Assembly (NCBI GenBank): GCA_951406725.2
Contig: OX597824.1
Coordinates: forward strand, 49,228,001 to 49,292,000
Direction: 5' to 3'
Origin: Octopus vulgaris
Lineage: Eukaryota
Length of the DNA stretch: 64,000 nt
Shown: one piece after another, positions 1 through 13,446 of the stretch
Numbering within the stretch: the first letter of the stretch is position 1
Layout: every line of letters begins with the position of its first letter
The notes under the pieces: generated by a model
Databases searched by the model: none
What the model was told of the DNA's origin: nothing
Seen by the model: only the letters and a program-made list of their open reading frames with translations
Program-made: the position numbers and the translations under genes

Positions 1-1239
1 TAGATCAAAGTTGAAAGCTTGATGATGTCATGGTAACATACTGGGATAACATGGAACATTTCTCCTTGTTGTATGTTGTGGTTGTATAGTTCTAGTCCAA
101 TGATACTTGAGCAGCTATGAATGAAGACTTTCCATCTCTGACTTTACTGTCTTTTTTCAGTGTATCTAAGTCTACATTTTTTTTTATTTAAGATTGTCAG
201 GAAATTTTTCTGTTATTTCTTACAGGTTTAGTAATACACATTGGCTCCTTGTCAGTTCAGTTTCTAGTATGAGGGTTGCTTTGTATTTTAGGATATACTG
301 TGGTTGAAAGTAATCAAAGAAAACCTGACAGATAAAGCAAAATTAGGTTTCAAAATGATTAGCCTCATAGAGGAGATAATACCTTATTAAGAGATGTTCA
401 GATATACTGCATGACAAATCTAGCTAACTCATTGTAGCATGGAAATGCTACCATTAGAATATATTGATGATACAGAAACCCTTTACTTGTGTATTTACAT
501 TGCTGGACTACAAATGCAAAATCTATGAAATATTGCATTTTAAATATTCTGCCAGGGGTATTGGACAAGCCACATTACTTGTTAACCTAACTGAAAAACA
601 GCTATTACCATTATATTGCTGTTTTTGGTGTAGTTTATCATAAGTAATGGAAGGTATCAGTCAACTCTGGGGCGAAGATTCCCTCCAATATTCAAATTTT
701 AAGACTTTTTCAACTCATTTTAATTTATTATTCCCATACTTCCAAGTGAAATGGTGCAGTATTCAAAAATAATAAACCTGCTTGTAACCATCTCTAATGT
801 AGTGTTCGATGAGCAAATTAACGAAACCTTATCCCTTATACAATGTTCTTGATCACTACATTAGTGGTACTTAGATCAAACTCCCAATAATTCTGTCCAT
901 ACATTTCTATTTCCAAGGGCAGGACATAACACTAGAGAAATGGCTGAATAGACATAGTATTAAACTACTATTAGCTCAAAGATCTTGAACTCAGATCTAC
1001 TACAGGTCTTTCATTGTATATTTACTTAGTAAATCTTATTCTGCATATCTCACTTCACCTGGCTGTCATCTATGTATGTTACTTAAGATACGTATCCTCT
1101 CTAAGAGAAGATTTATCTAGTTTATACAAGAGCTAAACAAATCACATCTACATATACTATATGGCACATTAAGTACATTAAAACATAATGTGTTAACAAA
1201 CATAGTGTTTGCTATAATTGTAAAATTTCTATTTAACCA

Positions 1240-1620
1240 TCATCATCCATTTTCCATGCTGGCATGGAGTGGAAAGCTTGACAGGAGCTGGCCAGCTGAA
1301 GAGCTTTCCAGGGTCCATGTTTGTTTTGGTATGGTTTCTATAGCTGGATGCTCTTCCTAAGACCAACCACTTTACAGAGTGTGCTGGGTGCTTTTTACAT
1401 GCTATTGGCATGGGTCCTTTTATGTGGTACCAGCATGTAAAAGCACCAATGCTGGTGCTGTGTAAAAGCATCCAGTACATTCTGTAAAGTGATTAGCATT
1501 AGGAAGAGCATCCAGCTACAGGAACCATGCCAAAACAGACATGGGTAGTTCTTCAACTTCTGTCAAACCGTCTAACCATGCCAGCATGGAAAATGGATGT
1601 TAAATGGTGATGATGATGAC
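1240..1620. mobile_element. Two oppositely oriented RTE-tail SINE/LINE 3' fragments
   Basis: CATCATCCATTTTCCATGCTGGCATGG at 1240 and its reverse form GCATGGAAAATGGATGTTAAATGGTGATGATGA at ~1585-1620. The same tail recurs at ~1660, 2120, 3255, 14645, 15950, 26700, 35970, 59600 and 62440. Confidence 0.65.
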
Positions 1621-3752
1621 AATGGTTAAATATAAATCGTACAATCATTGACTCATCACCATCATTTAATGTCTGCTTTCTATGCTGGCATGGATTGGAT
1701 GGTTTGACTGAGGACTGGCAAGCCAAAAGGCTGCACCAGGCTCCAGTCTGATAAAGTAAAATTGTGATTGTTCTGTTGATGAGGAAAGGAATTCCCTCTG
1801 CAACCATTCTATTTTCTTTGTTAAAATAGTATGGAGTAGAGGGTAGTTTGGCTGCTGCTTCTATCTTTCATCTCATATAACAATATTGCCTCATATAATA
1901 ATTCTTTATTCTTCCTTTATGTGACAGGTTATAAAATGAGTTCCAGCATTCATCGAATACTTTGCTTCCATTATGTAGACAAAGATTGGACAGTCAACAT
2001 GAATAGTTTTCTCCTCTGTGTTACGAACTTGATGAAACATTTTAGTAAGTGTCTTCTGTTGCGACTGTTTCTGCTTTCAGTATATTCTTTACTCACTCCA
2101 CCACTGTTTTTAAATATGATCATCATCATTTAGTATCCATTTTCCATGCTGCCATGTGTTAGATAGTTTGATTGGAATTGGTAAGCTGGAGAGCTGCACC
2201 AGGCTCCAGTCAGCTTTGCCATGGTTTCTATGGCTGGATCTCCTTACTAATGCTAACCACTCTATAGAGTGTACCGGGTGCTTTTAACATGTTGTTGCCA
2301 TGGGGAGCCTTTAATGTGTCACCAGCATGGGTGCCTGTAACAGTGTCACTGGCATGGAAACCCCTAACATGTCACCAGCACGGGTGCCTTTTACCCATGC
2401 CAGTGATATGTAAAAGGCACCTGTGCCAATGGTTTTCTTTTATTCCTTGTCTTTACTACTTTACATGTTGGATAAGCTTTTTTGCAAATTTATATATTTT
2501 CAAGGATGTGTGTGAGTATACATGTACAGGTTTACAAACACATGCACACATATATGTATATACATAGTCTTCTATGACTTACACATTCTTCCCACAGCTA
2601 TCACTCTCCCTTCCCCACAACTCCCATACTTACTTTCCCAAAACTATCACACTTTCTTCCCCACAGCTATTGATGTTAAAGCTAAGACTACTGGATGTTG
2701 CATTACAGCCATGTTTAATGATAAAAACAGTGTTTCTCAACTATTTTTTTTTACCTATGTCTGCTTTAATTCCAATTTTACTTGGATGTATCTTCCTAGC
2801 CATTCAATATTTAAAAAATCATATTTTTATAATTAAATATTATTAGAAATTGTATTGAAAAAAATATTTTGTGTATTGTTGGAGTATAACCAACATGGTG
2901 CAGATAAATTTTAACAGGAAAATCTTATATGGCCCAAATCTTATATGGCCCCCACCCAAAAGCCAAATGGACCCTGGTTGAAAACCACTGGACTAAAGCA
3001 TTGCTTGTCCTTCGATCTGATGCCCAATAGAAGCCTCAGATGTTAATGTGGTAGAGGTGCCTTGATCAAAACCATTCTGACCATAACTGTTCACCTCTTT
3101 CTCTCCCTCTCTTTTAAATTTTGGATATTCTCTAGTTGTTATCAACCAAACTGTTCTTCCTCTTTTGAAGATGGTAGGGTGAAATTTGAATGCAGTTACC
3201 AAATATTTTTAGTATATCAACTGAATATGTAAAAGCCCCATCATTGGCTTATCCATCATCATCATCATTTAGCATCTGTTTTCCATGCTGGCATGTGTGC
3301 CTTTAACATGTCACTAGTACAGGTGCCTTTAATGTGTCACTGGCACAGGTGCCTTTGATGTGAGACTGGCATGAGTGCCTTTTACGTGTCATTGGTATGA
3401 GTGTCTTAAGTGTAAATCTGATATATGTACACCACTACTTCATATCCCCATTATATATATATATATTTTTTCTCAATATTATCACTCTGTATTCTTTCTT
3501 TCAGATACATTCAAAGCTTCCCAACAAAAGGGTCAGATCATTTTGACCATTGAGAAAGTAAGTTGGACAACAGTCGTTTATCTTTCTGAGCAAAATGTTT
3601 TCTTCTTTCTGTGTAACAGTGGTAGTGGCAGTGTACTCTGTTGTAGACTACTACTTTTATTACTCTTCTGACAAAACTTTCTTGAATAATTGTTCCGAAT
3701 TATTGATACTAAATTGCATAATGGTTGGTCATTATTGTCATTATTATTATTA

Positions 3753-3966
3753 AGGCAACAGGCTGGTGGAATCATTAGTGCACTGGATGAAATGCCTAGT
3801 AGTATTTAGCCTGTTGCTACAGTCTGAGTTCAAATTCCGCCAAGGTCAACTTTGCTTTTCAACCTTTCAGGGTCAATAAAATAAGTACCACTTGAATACT
3901 GGGGTTGATGTAATTGACTCATCCCCTCCCACGAAGTTGCTGCCCTTGTGGCAAAATTTGAAACCA
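3753..3966 (+). mobile_element. tRNA-derived SINE, family B (Nin/Deu-like central domain)
   Basis: Box B-like GAGTTCAAATTCC followed by GTCAACTTTGCTTTTCAACCTTTCAGGGTCAATAAAATAAGTACC; flanked by TTA repeats; many diverged copies in the window. Confidence 0.75.
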
Positions 3967-3971
3967 TTATT

Positions 3972-4508
3972 ATTGAGTGAGAGAGCTGCGCATGACATCA
4001 AAGTGACACTGGGGTACAAATATATGAAACCAAACATACCCATCTGATAAGGGTACAGCAGGCACATGCATCACAACCATATGTGCACCATATAATGACC
4101 TTGCATTAAGATAAACAGTGCATCACTTTACAGGTAGGGCCCTGTTAGGATTTTCTTCAGGTTGAGTAGCTCATCCCGCTCAAAAGGTCCTTGAATGAGG
4201 GTTGTTTGAGGGTGATGAACAAAACACCTATGTTTCCAGAGTTAAATTTCTCAAACACCAAGGAATTCCTCTCAACACCTGGCTATGATGCTTCTCCACT
4301 ACTCCTGCCTTTGAGCAGAGATGCACATATCGTCAGCCACTAATGAACATGCTCACTTGGTGAAGGTCAAGCAACTGACAAGCAAATCTGTGGTTTTGAG
4401 CAGAATATTTACTGTAGCCCATCCTTTTATACCAAGACATGATAACACTTCCAATCAGTTAAGATTAGAAGTCATGAGAGCCACTTCTTGGTACTGGATC
4501 AGGGCATG
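3972..4508 (-). mobile_element. ~540 bp non-coding interspersed element embedded in (TAA)n
   Basis: Reverse-complement matches to 28220-28350 and 29726-30003; TTA repeats on both sides. Confidence 0.7.
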
Positions 4509-4765
4509 CTATTATTATTCTTTTATTCTTTCACTTGTTTCAGTCATTTGACTGTGGCCATGCTGGAGCACCAGCTTTTAATCAAAGAAATTAACCTTTG
4601 GACTTATTCTTTTAAGCCTGGTGCTTATTCTATTGGTCTCTTCTGCCGAACTGCTAAGTTATAGGGACGTAACACACCAACATCAGTTGTCAAGCGATGG
4701 TGGCTGGGGTTGGGGGACAAACACAGACACAAACACATACACACACATAAATATATACTTATATA

Positions 4766-4973
4766 TACAAGGTTGGCTAAAAGTCATCTGACAGTAAATC
4801 AAAGCCATTTAACAACTGAATGAATTTAATAAAAGCATCTACATATGAAATGTGAAAACTGTTCAAACTGAAGTCCTTGAATGACTTCATAATTGGAATG
4901 AATAAATAAAATTGAATATTATGTATTTATTGAATTTTGATTTACTTTTGGGTGACTTTTGGCCAACCCTGTG
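4766..4973. mobile_element. Tc1/mariner-type MITE
   Basis: Terminal inverted repeats CAAGGTTGGCTAAAAGTCA ... TGACTTTTGGCCAACCCTG, inserted in a TA-rich tract. Confidence 0.75.
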
Positions 4974-4981
4974 TATATACA

Positions 4982-5471
4982 GGCACAGGAGTGGTTGTGT
5001 TGTAAGAAGCTTGCTTCTCAATCACATGGTTCCAGGTTCAGTCCCACTGCATGGCACCTTGGGCAAGTGGATTTGGTATATGCAAACTGAAAGAAGCACA
5101 TCATACATATATATATATATATATATATATGTGAGTCTGTGTTTGTACCCCTGCTATTGCTTGACACCAATGTTGGTGTGTGATGCCGACGACCGCTTTG
5201 TTCAAAGCCTCCCTTGACCTCAAGTGGCCTGAACTCTTTACATGAACACCACCCTGTACCTAACTCCATGTCCCCCTACATGGCCTTGCTATTTGCTTTT
5301 GAGCCAAATTAACTAACTAACTAACTAACATCCCCGTAGTTTAGCAGTTCGGCAAAAGAGATGGTAGAATAAGTACTAGGCTTGCAAAGAATAAGTCCTG
5401 GGATCAATTTGTTCAACTAAAGGTGGTGCTCCAGCATGGCCGCAGTCAAATGACTAAAATAAATAAAAGAA
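4982..5471 (+). mobile_element. tRNA-derived SINE, family A, interrupted by a CR1 fragment
   Basis: Head GGCACAGGAGTGGTTGTGTTGTAAGAAGCTTGCTT...GGTTCAGTCCC and tail CAGTCAAATGACT...AAAAGAAT; matches the intact copy at 13546. Confidence 0.8.
5181..5329 (+). mobile_element. CR1/L2-group LINE 3' end with (AACT)n tail
   Basis: Homologous to the reverse complement of 33568-33730; ends in AACTAACTAACT. Confidence 0.75.
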
Positions 5472-5679
5472 TATAAATATATATATATATACACACACAC
5501 ATATATGATAGACTTATTATTTTTTTTCCCTTTCTCAGATAGATTCATTGTTTCAGATTCATAGGAGAAAGAGAAAGAAATACGATTGCATAGCATTAAT
5601 GCTTTTCACTAACATATTTTCAGTGTAAGTGAATTGGTTTAAAATAATGACAATTAGGAACAGAAACTGTTTTGGTTAT

Positions 5680-5717
<38 letters not shown>

Positions 5718-8700
5718 TTGTATTATTTTCTTTTAAATCACTTTTACTCTTTCTTTTAATTTCAGTGGCTGGAAAAAGTTCTTTTGTGATGGCTGATTGA
5801 AGAACTAACATTGGAGAGTTTTGTTTGAAGAAGACACTGAAAGAAGTTCTTTCTTAGATTCTATTTTAATATCTTTTAACACTACAAAGATATTAGGTGC
5901 TAATAACTATTGTAAGTTCCTGTAGAAAGGAGAGAAAATGGAAAAAAATATATATTTATCTCATATATATATATATCAATATATTTTTATCACAGAAATT
6001 TTATCCTGTTTTCTATAGGGTTATTGGAATTTAGAAATTCAATACCCAATTATAAATTTACCAAAATATTTTTATTGTAGAATATTTACACGCAAATATT
6101 TATTTTTTATTCAACTTAGGTAACATTCTTTGTTTTTAATTTATTTTAAAATGTCAATTTTGTGTGTGTGTTTGTGTTGTAAAAAATGTTTTCTTGTAAA
6201 TTGTCCATTCTTGATGTCTTTGTGCTTCAAAATAATTTAGATTTCCTTGCTCTGACTCAGTTGCTACGAGTACAGAATGAAGAACACAATACTAGCTGTA
6301 AATGTTATGAAAATGTATGTAAAAACCATCAAAATATTTAGATATAGCTCTGTGTGTGTGTGTTTATATGACTGTATCTAACAAATTATTCTTTCAGTTT
6401 CCTTTTTGCTGAACATAAAAGTATGCTTGTTCTACTAAAGTAATGTTACTGTTAGCCCAGACTGTTATTTCTCAAGATGGGCTACGAAGGGAAGGACAAG
6501 CATTCATGCACATTTGCACCACCACCCACATTTATATATCAAACACCTGACCTACTTTACTCTACCTAAGGAGAGTTCAGCAAGGAGCAAATAACAAGAA
6601 ACATTTTGCACAATATTAATTTAATAACAAAGTTTATTTGTTATTGCATTTATTAAAAACTGTGGTAATTTTAACTCATTAAACAAAAATGAATATCTGT
6701 GGTAATTTAAAGAAAATGGCAAAAAGAATTGTGACAACCAAAAAAGTTCAGTACTTAAGTCATTTTACTTGAATTTAAAGAGTTATTACAATTGTTGTAA
6801 AATCTGTTGATTACAAAATTAAAAACTTAATTTGATATTGCTTTGATTTGAATACAGTTCTTGATTCAAAAGATTCTTCATTGTGAAAAAATTCTCAAAG
6901 ATGCCAGTAAATTTACAAAGTAAAATTCCTGCTATCTGCTGAACTCTCCTTAATTGGAGGTGGAAAAATGGGTTTTGATGTATAAAAGAGAGAAGTGGTG
7001 TGACATTGCATGAGCACTGAAAACCATGCAACAAACAGCAGAAATCAAATAACCAACATATGCATTCATGCAACCTAAATAATAACTACACAACATAGCA
7101 TAGTAAAGCAAAATATAAATTATAAAAAAAGTGTTGGTAATTGATATAATTACAGTTCTTATGTTGTTTTTCACTTCACATTATACTTTCAGCATTTTGA
7201 CTTTAATGAAGTATAAATAACTCTTCCTCTTTACACAAAGTGCCTTACACCTAACATTTTATCTATGTGTTTATGTTTTATATATTTGAATAGAAAGTTC
7301 TATTATTTTTATAAATTTATAAAAATAAAAGCCAAATATCAGTATATGAGGTTTACTAGTTTGGGTCAAATGATTTCCCTAAATTTCTAAAAGCCCAAGA
7401 ACAAAGCAACAAAGTAAATAAAAAACCAGCATAGAAATATATTCATGACAATTAATAATTAAATAGTCTCTTTTATTAGATGACCTGTGAAAGTGTCCTT
7501 TAATCTCATGAGTTTTGTCAAGAAGAGATGGAGGAGAGAGGGGGATTACTTAGTCATAGTATTAATTTCACATTAATCAGTTAATTATTTAACTGATCGT
7601 TAACTGATTAATGATCAGTTAAACTGGAATTAACAATCAGTTTAAATTGTTGTGGGTTAGTGGCTTTAGCTAAAAGCAAGATTAGAAAAGATGTTGTTAT
7701 TCTGTTTAACTCAGTTTACTTAATAAAGGTAGCAAGAACACATTGGGTTATTCAGTTCAGTTTCAGATGTCTTTTTTGCCCAGATACCTAGTGTTGCATT
7801 ATCTAGTGTTTGTCTTTCTTTTTAAGATAGTGGAGAATAATTTGAAGGAAATATAGTTGCTATTACTAGTAGGTCAAACAGCTAGATAGAAATTCCCTTG
7901 TTGGCTTACAGAATGTTGGAAATGCAGTTGTATTTCTAACTTTAGTACAACTTGATTCGAAGCTGAACATATTGAAAAAAGGCTTTTTAAAGCTCTGCAT
8001 AAGCTCATTGATAAAATTAAAGATTTTTAGTTTTAAAAAAAAAAATCAAAGATATTTATTTTGAATAAATTACACATAATAAATTGTAGACACAAGGTTT
8101 TTGATTAATAAAATTCTGTGACATACTTCTCAAGAGTAATAACAAAATTTGTAAAGTAAAATAGTTATGTGGGAATCAAAAGAGGATTACAGTCTCAAAT
8201 TGTTGCTTGTTTAACCTATACTCCAAAACTCACCTGTATACTCTTGTCTTATTTAAGTTGATTGGGCATATGGATTGTTAAACAATAACAGTGTAACTCG
8301 TTAGTAAAAACAAATGAATCATGTCAGTCAAGAGGGAAAATATGTTTTGTACAGAAACTCCACCCATCAAATAAATGATTTGATGAATATATTTATTGTA
8401 AGTATATTATCTAATTGAAATTACTCACAACCTGTTAGGAATGTCTGTCACTCTTAGCTTGATTAATCCATCGTGCTGAATTGTCACAGCTCACTTTGGG
8501 CTTTAGTACCAGCAGCAACCTCATATAACTAATGAAGCAAAATGGGGACAATAGACTATATCACCACCAGGTCTACTAAAAGTACTTTATTTTTATACTA
8601 TTGTTACTGTTATTTTTCTCAAACATGATAACTGTTTGTTTTTAAATATTATTAAGGTATTTTGCACTATCTATAAAGAAAGTATACTGTTAATGAAACA

Positions 8701-9694
8701 TTTTATAAGACAATATTATTTATCATAAATATCTGGAATTCCTTCATTTTATGAAGGCCTTGTAAGGTAAAAACAAATTTTTATTGCACTTATTATTTTT
8801 TTTTTTTTCCTGATGGAATATGAAGAAATCCTTTACAAGTGAGTAATGCCAATTATTCATACTCTTAAAGTAGCTTTTAAATGGATCGATTTCTTCCTGT
8901 AGAATCTTACTATACCAGAAAAGAATTGTCAAGAAAATATTTTGTTTGGTAGGTCTAAAGAGCTAGTACCAAGCTTCTGGTGAGGCCAAGGCTGCAACCC
9001 AACTTTATATTCTCTTGGATGCCATTTCATTGCACTTATGCTTTATTGTCTTCGATTTTCATTGCTAAGTTTACAATCATTTACAGCTGTAAATAAAAAG
9101 CTAAAACATTTCTAAATCACAAGATTCCATAAGGCCGGTGCCTTTTCCTGATTTTTATTGGGTGTTTAGTAGATGAAAGATAAATCTCTCTTAATATAGG
9201 CCCTTGAACTATTACATGTAGTTTTTCCTACTGAAAGAATTGAACCCAGTACTACAAGCCAACATATTACTACTCACAACTGTACTCTTAGTAAAGTAAA
9301 TATTACTTATGTCTAGGTGGACTTTGCTGTTGAAAGTTAAATTGTTGTAAATCCAGATCAAATAGGCTTATGATAAGAGGTAATCCAGCCATAGCCATTC
9401 CATTTTTTTCCTATGTACAGTGAACCCAAAACCACATTTTTCAAGATGGTTGGATGTGATTTGAGTGAAACTTGTGGCTATTTCTAGGAGGCCAAGCAAC
9501 TACAAGAGGGTCCTTCATTAGCTTGAATGCTGGTGATCCTCTCAGCTGGTTGCCCAATATCTTATCAGCTGGACCATTTACACCCTCATTAAAAATATCA
9601 CTAAATTAATTTGTCTAGAATCATATTTGCTATTAAAGCAGAAGTTATTTCAGTTAAATCAGTCAAAATATTTTTTAGTAAAAAGACCATCCAT

Positions 9695-9855
9695 CAGGGG
9701 CAGACTGAGAGTATCAAGAGCCCTCAGGCATAACTGTTCACTTTAGCATAACTTTAGCATTGATATCAAAGAGAGTTAAAGTGTAGAGTACAGGCTCCTC
9801 AGAGCTCCAGGCACTTGGGCAGTGCTCGAATGACCGATGGTTCAGTCCACTCCTG
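9695..9855. mobile_element. hAT-type MITE with 8 bp target-site duplication
   Basis: Terminal inverted repeats CAGGGGCAGACTGA / TCAGTCCACTCCTG; CCATCCAT duplicated at 9687-9694 and 9856-9863. Confidence 0.85.
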
Positions 9856-10831
9856 CCATCCATCATAAGAAAAATTCTGGGATAGATTTTTGTTTCCAGT
9901 CTTAAAGGTTTGAATTTCTCATAACTTTTCTCACTTGAGTTCAAAGCTACAGATTTACAGAAGAGAGTAGATTGGATGTTGTGATTTGTATGCCTTTCTC
10001 AAGAATACAAGTATTGCGATTTTAGTAGAGAATGAAGCCACAGCATGGGCTTGGCTCAGAAGAGGCTTCTTTCTTAATTTGCAAACTTGAATATAACTTT
10101 TAACAAAGCTCAAATTTCTGTTCTTTTACATATTCTATGACTACTCCACAATATTTTAAACTCTTTTACTACATTTTCAGTTAGAATAGTCATCATACTG
10201 ATGACTAGATGTGCAATGAAGGTGTTAATACAGTGTCATAACTGTTAGTGACAGCTGCCAATTCTTGTTTTCTAAAACATAGAATTAATGTGTGTGTGAG
10301 AGAGAGTATACTCATTGCTGCCAGCAGCATTAATCCATTAACAACGGGATTTACAGTTAGAATGATTCCATAGTTTATCCATTATATGGTGCTACCAATT
10401 TCTAGAGATTTGAAAAGGCTGCAATTAGAATAGTCATTATATTATAGCTTTAATGTAGCATTGCCAACCAGTGTAGCATTGGAAGCATTAATTCACTGAC
10501 AATAGGACTTCTAATTAGAATAGCTACTTATTGTAACCATTAAATAGGCAGCATACTGATGTTTATGGTGTTGCAGAATTGAAAGGGTGAATTCAGTGGA
10601 AGCAGGATTGACAATAAGAATATTTCTATGTGGCTGAGAGTAAAATGTCCAAAATGCTATCAATCCTAACCAAATCCCTCAAAATGTTGTCTTGGATGAG
10701 TGTAATTTTTTTTTTATCTCTTAGTATTAAAACATTTTTTAAATCTTTATTTTTACCCATAAAGGAATGGATCCATGTTGTAGAGAATATTGTCTGTTTG
10801 AATTTTATCTAAAAAAATTCTAAAATCATCA

Positions 10832-10882
<51 letters not shown>

Positions 10883-13049
10883 GTTAGGTATTCTTGCAAT
10901 ATTCTTACTATACACATTTTTGTAAATATATTTCATTCACATATTTATTCATATACTTATTCACACATATACACTTACATACTTACATATATGCTCCTTC
11001 ACATCATCTATTAATTCACACAGACACACACTCACTCACACAAGTACTCCTCCATTCCTCACTATGTCATGGGAGGGGGTCATGATAAAACTGAAAAATC
11101 ATACAGAGCTAGTAGTATAAATAGTAAATGTAATAGGCCATTAACCAAAGGTTTCATGTTCAAGTTCTACTTGATGCTTACTCTTTCCTTTTTTTTCACT
11201 TTAGTTCTTGTTTGTTTTTGTACAAATAAAAAGGCAGTAAAGTGCCAGAAATAATAGACTTGGACAAAATGTCATGGTGTTTAGTTCCTTCTCTTTCTAC
11301 ATTTTGAATTCAAATCTTACTGGGATTAATTTAACCCTTTAGCATTCAACCTTGCTATGTCTTTGGTGAGGAAAGAATTCTCAGAAAATTGACAAGTTTT
11401 GCAAGAAGACCACAATGTTAGTTTTTTTTTTCTTCTAATTTATCCATTTGCTGTGAGAAAAAACATTTTTGTTTTCTGTAGTGTTTTAAATTATTTCTAG
11501 AAATATCTTGTCATAATTATATATATTGTTTTCAGTTTAAACAAATTCTTTTGAATGTTAAAATAGTTTGGTATTTTCAATTCTACTCACATCACCTTTT
11601 TCATTTCAATTTCTTACACTTTCTTTCAGTTGGTCTATTCCTCAAGCATCTTCAGGTGTGCTATTCCTACATATGTATACTTAGACTGGATTTTAAAGTC
11701 AAAAGCTTTTATTTTAATCAATAAGTTTATGGCTGGATATATTTAAATTTTGTGACAAAAATAACCTGAAGACCCTTGAGATGGTCTGTGAATACACTAA
11801 ACAGAATGTAATGTAGATAGTAAAGGCATGAAAAATGAGATTTAGAGTTTGTAAATGTCATTCTATTTTAACCACAGTTCATCTCAGAACTATCGATGTG
11901 AAATAACATTGAATATATTATTTAAGAATGAAATATTTTGCAGTTGTTTTCATATGTTTTTAAAGAAATACCTATTTATTGTTTGATTTTGATATTGTTT
12001 TCTAACTAATATAGTTACTAACAAATCTGCATGGGTATGCAAGTATTTATAAGTATGATAATACTGAAGATATATTTTTACATTTTAATTTTTTTTTAAT
12101 ATTCAAGTAAAGAAAAATCAAACACTATTGTCACTTGTTTCCTTTTATACCTTCCAAAACTTTAAAAATTTATTTTTAACTTATGTATGATTTTTTTTTT
12201 CAACCAAAACTTGTATCTCTGAAACACACCTTGTCTTATATGTCAATAAATCAAATGAAACTTTACATTTTTCCACTCCTAAAAACAACTACTTATATAA
12301 GATGGTGTATCTTACACTACAGCATGCCTTATACAATGGAAAATACAATATGCCACTATATTCTTTATTTTCCTACTTCTAAAAGAAATGAATGACAGTC
12401 TGTTTGGATCAGAAACAGCTAATCACTAAAAAAATAACAAAAAGTTTATCATCTGTTTATCTTCTCTTTCAAACATAAACAGCATTTAAACCCATCTTAT
12501 CCAACCCAAGTATTTTGTTTTACATTCAAACCAGCCAGATCCAGTCTCTTACACCTATCTTACAATGTCATTCTAAAAATAAGCATCACATCAAAAGCTC
12601 AAAGCTATGAGATAATGCATGATTAATTAAAAACAGTGTAATTAAATAAGCATTACATTTGATTAAGCTGAATATGAAAGGGTTTAAAAAAAAGCATTTC
12701 TGTTTCTACTATTTAAGGACACTGGATATGGACCTTTTTAAGAAGTCACTGTTAATTTATGTTATGTATTGATGAGGCAAGTAATGATCTTACCATGCGG
12801 CTTCATTATTTGTGTTAAAAATGTTATTGCTTGAATGCATTTAACAAGTCAATGCATAGGTTATCAAGTTTCAATAGGGGTGTCTATGAGTATGTTAGTA
12901 AAGGTTTTAATATTCAAGGAAACATTTTTATAAATACTATTTTTATAATTAATAAAATGCTTAATTAGAATTGAATCAGTATTTTACAATCCTTTTCTTT
13001 TGGATTTCATAATATTTAGGAAAATTTATTAAAACATTTTCATTGAGAA

Positions 13050-13443
13050 GGCATGGTAAGAAACTTGCTTCCCAACCACATGGTTTTAGATTTAGTCCCA
13101 CTGCATGGCACCGTGGGCAAGTGTCTTCTACTGTAGCCTCAGGCCGACCAAAGTCTTGTGAGTGGATTTGGTAGACAGAAACTGGAAGAAGCCCATCATA
13201 TGTATGTATGTATATATATATAGATAGATAGATATGTGTGTGTTTGTCCTACCACCACCACATGACAACTGGTGTTGCTGTGTTTATATCCCTGTAACTT
13301 AGCGGTTCAGCCAAAAGAATCCAATAGAATAAGTACCAGGCATTAAAAAAAAACTAAGTCCTGGGGTTGATTCGTTTGGCTAAAACCCTTCAAGGTGGTG
13401 CCCAAGCATAGCCACAGTCAAATGACTGAAACAAGTATAAGAT
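13050..13443 (+). mobile_element. SINE family A copy
   Basis: Colinear with the copy at 13546-13878. Confidence 0.8.
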
Positions 13444-13446
13444 GCC

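Noticed and set aside
8430-8575. Minus-strand exon ending at a GTGAGT donor
   Set aside because: All three frames contain stops from either plausible acceptor.
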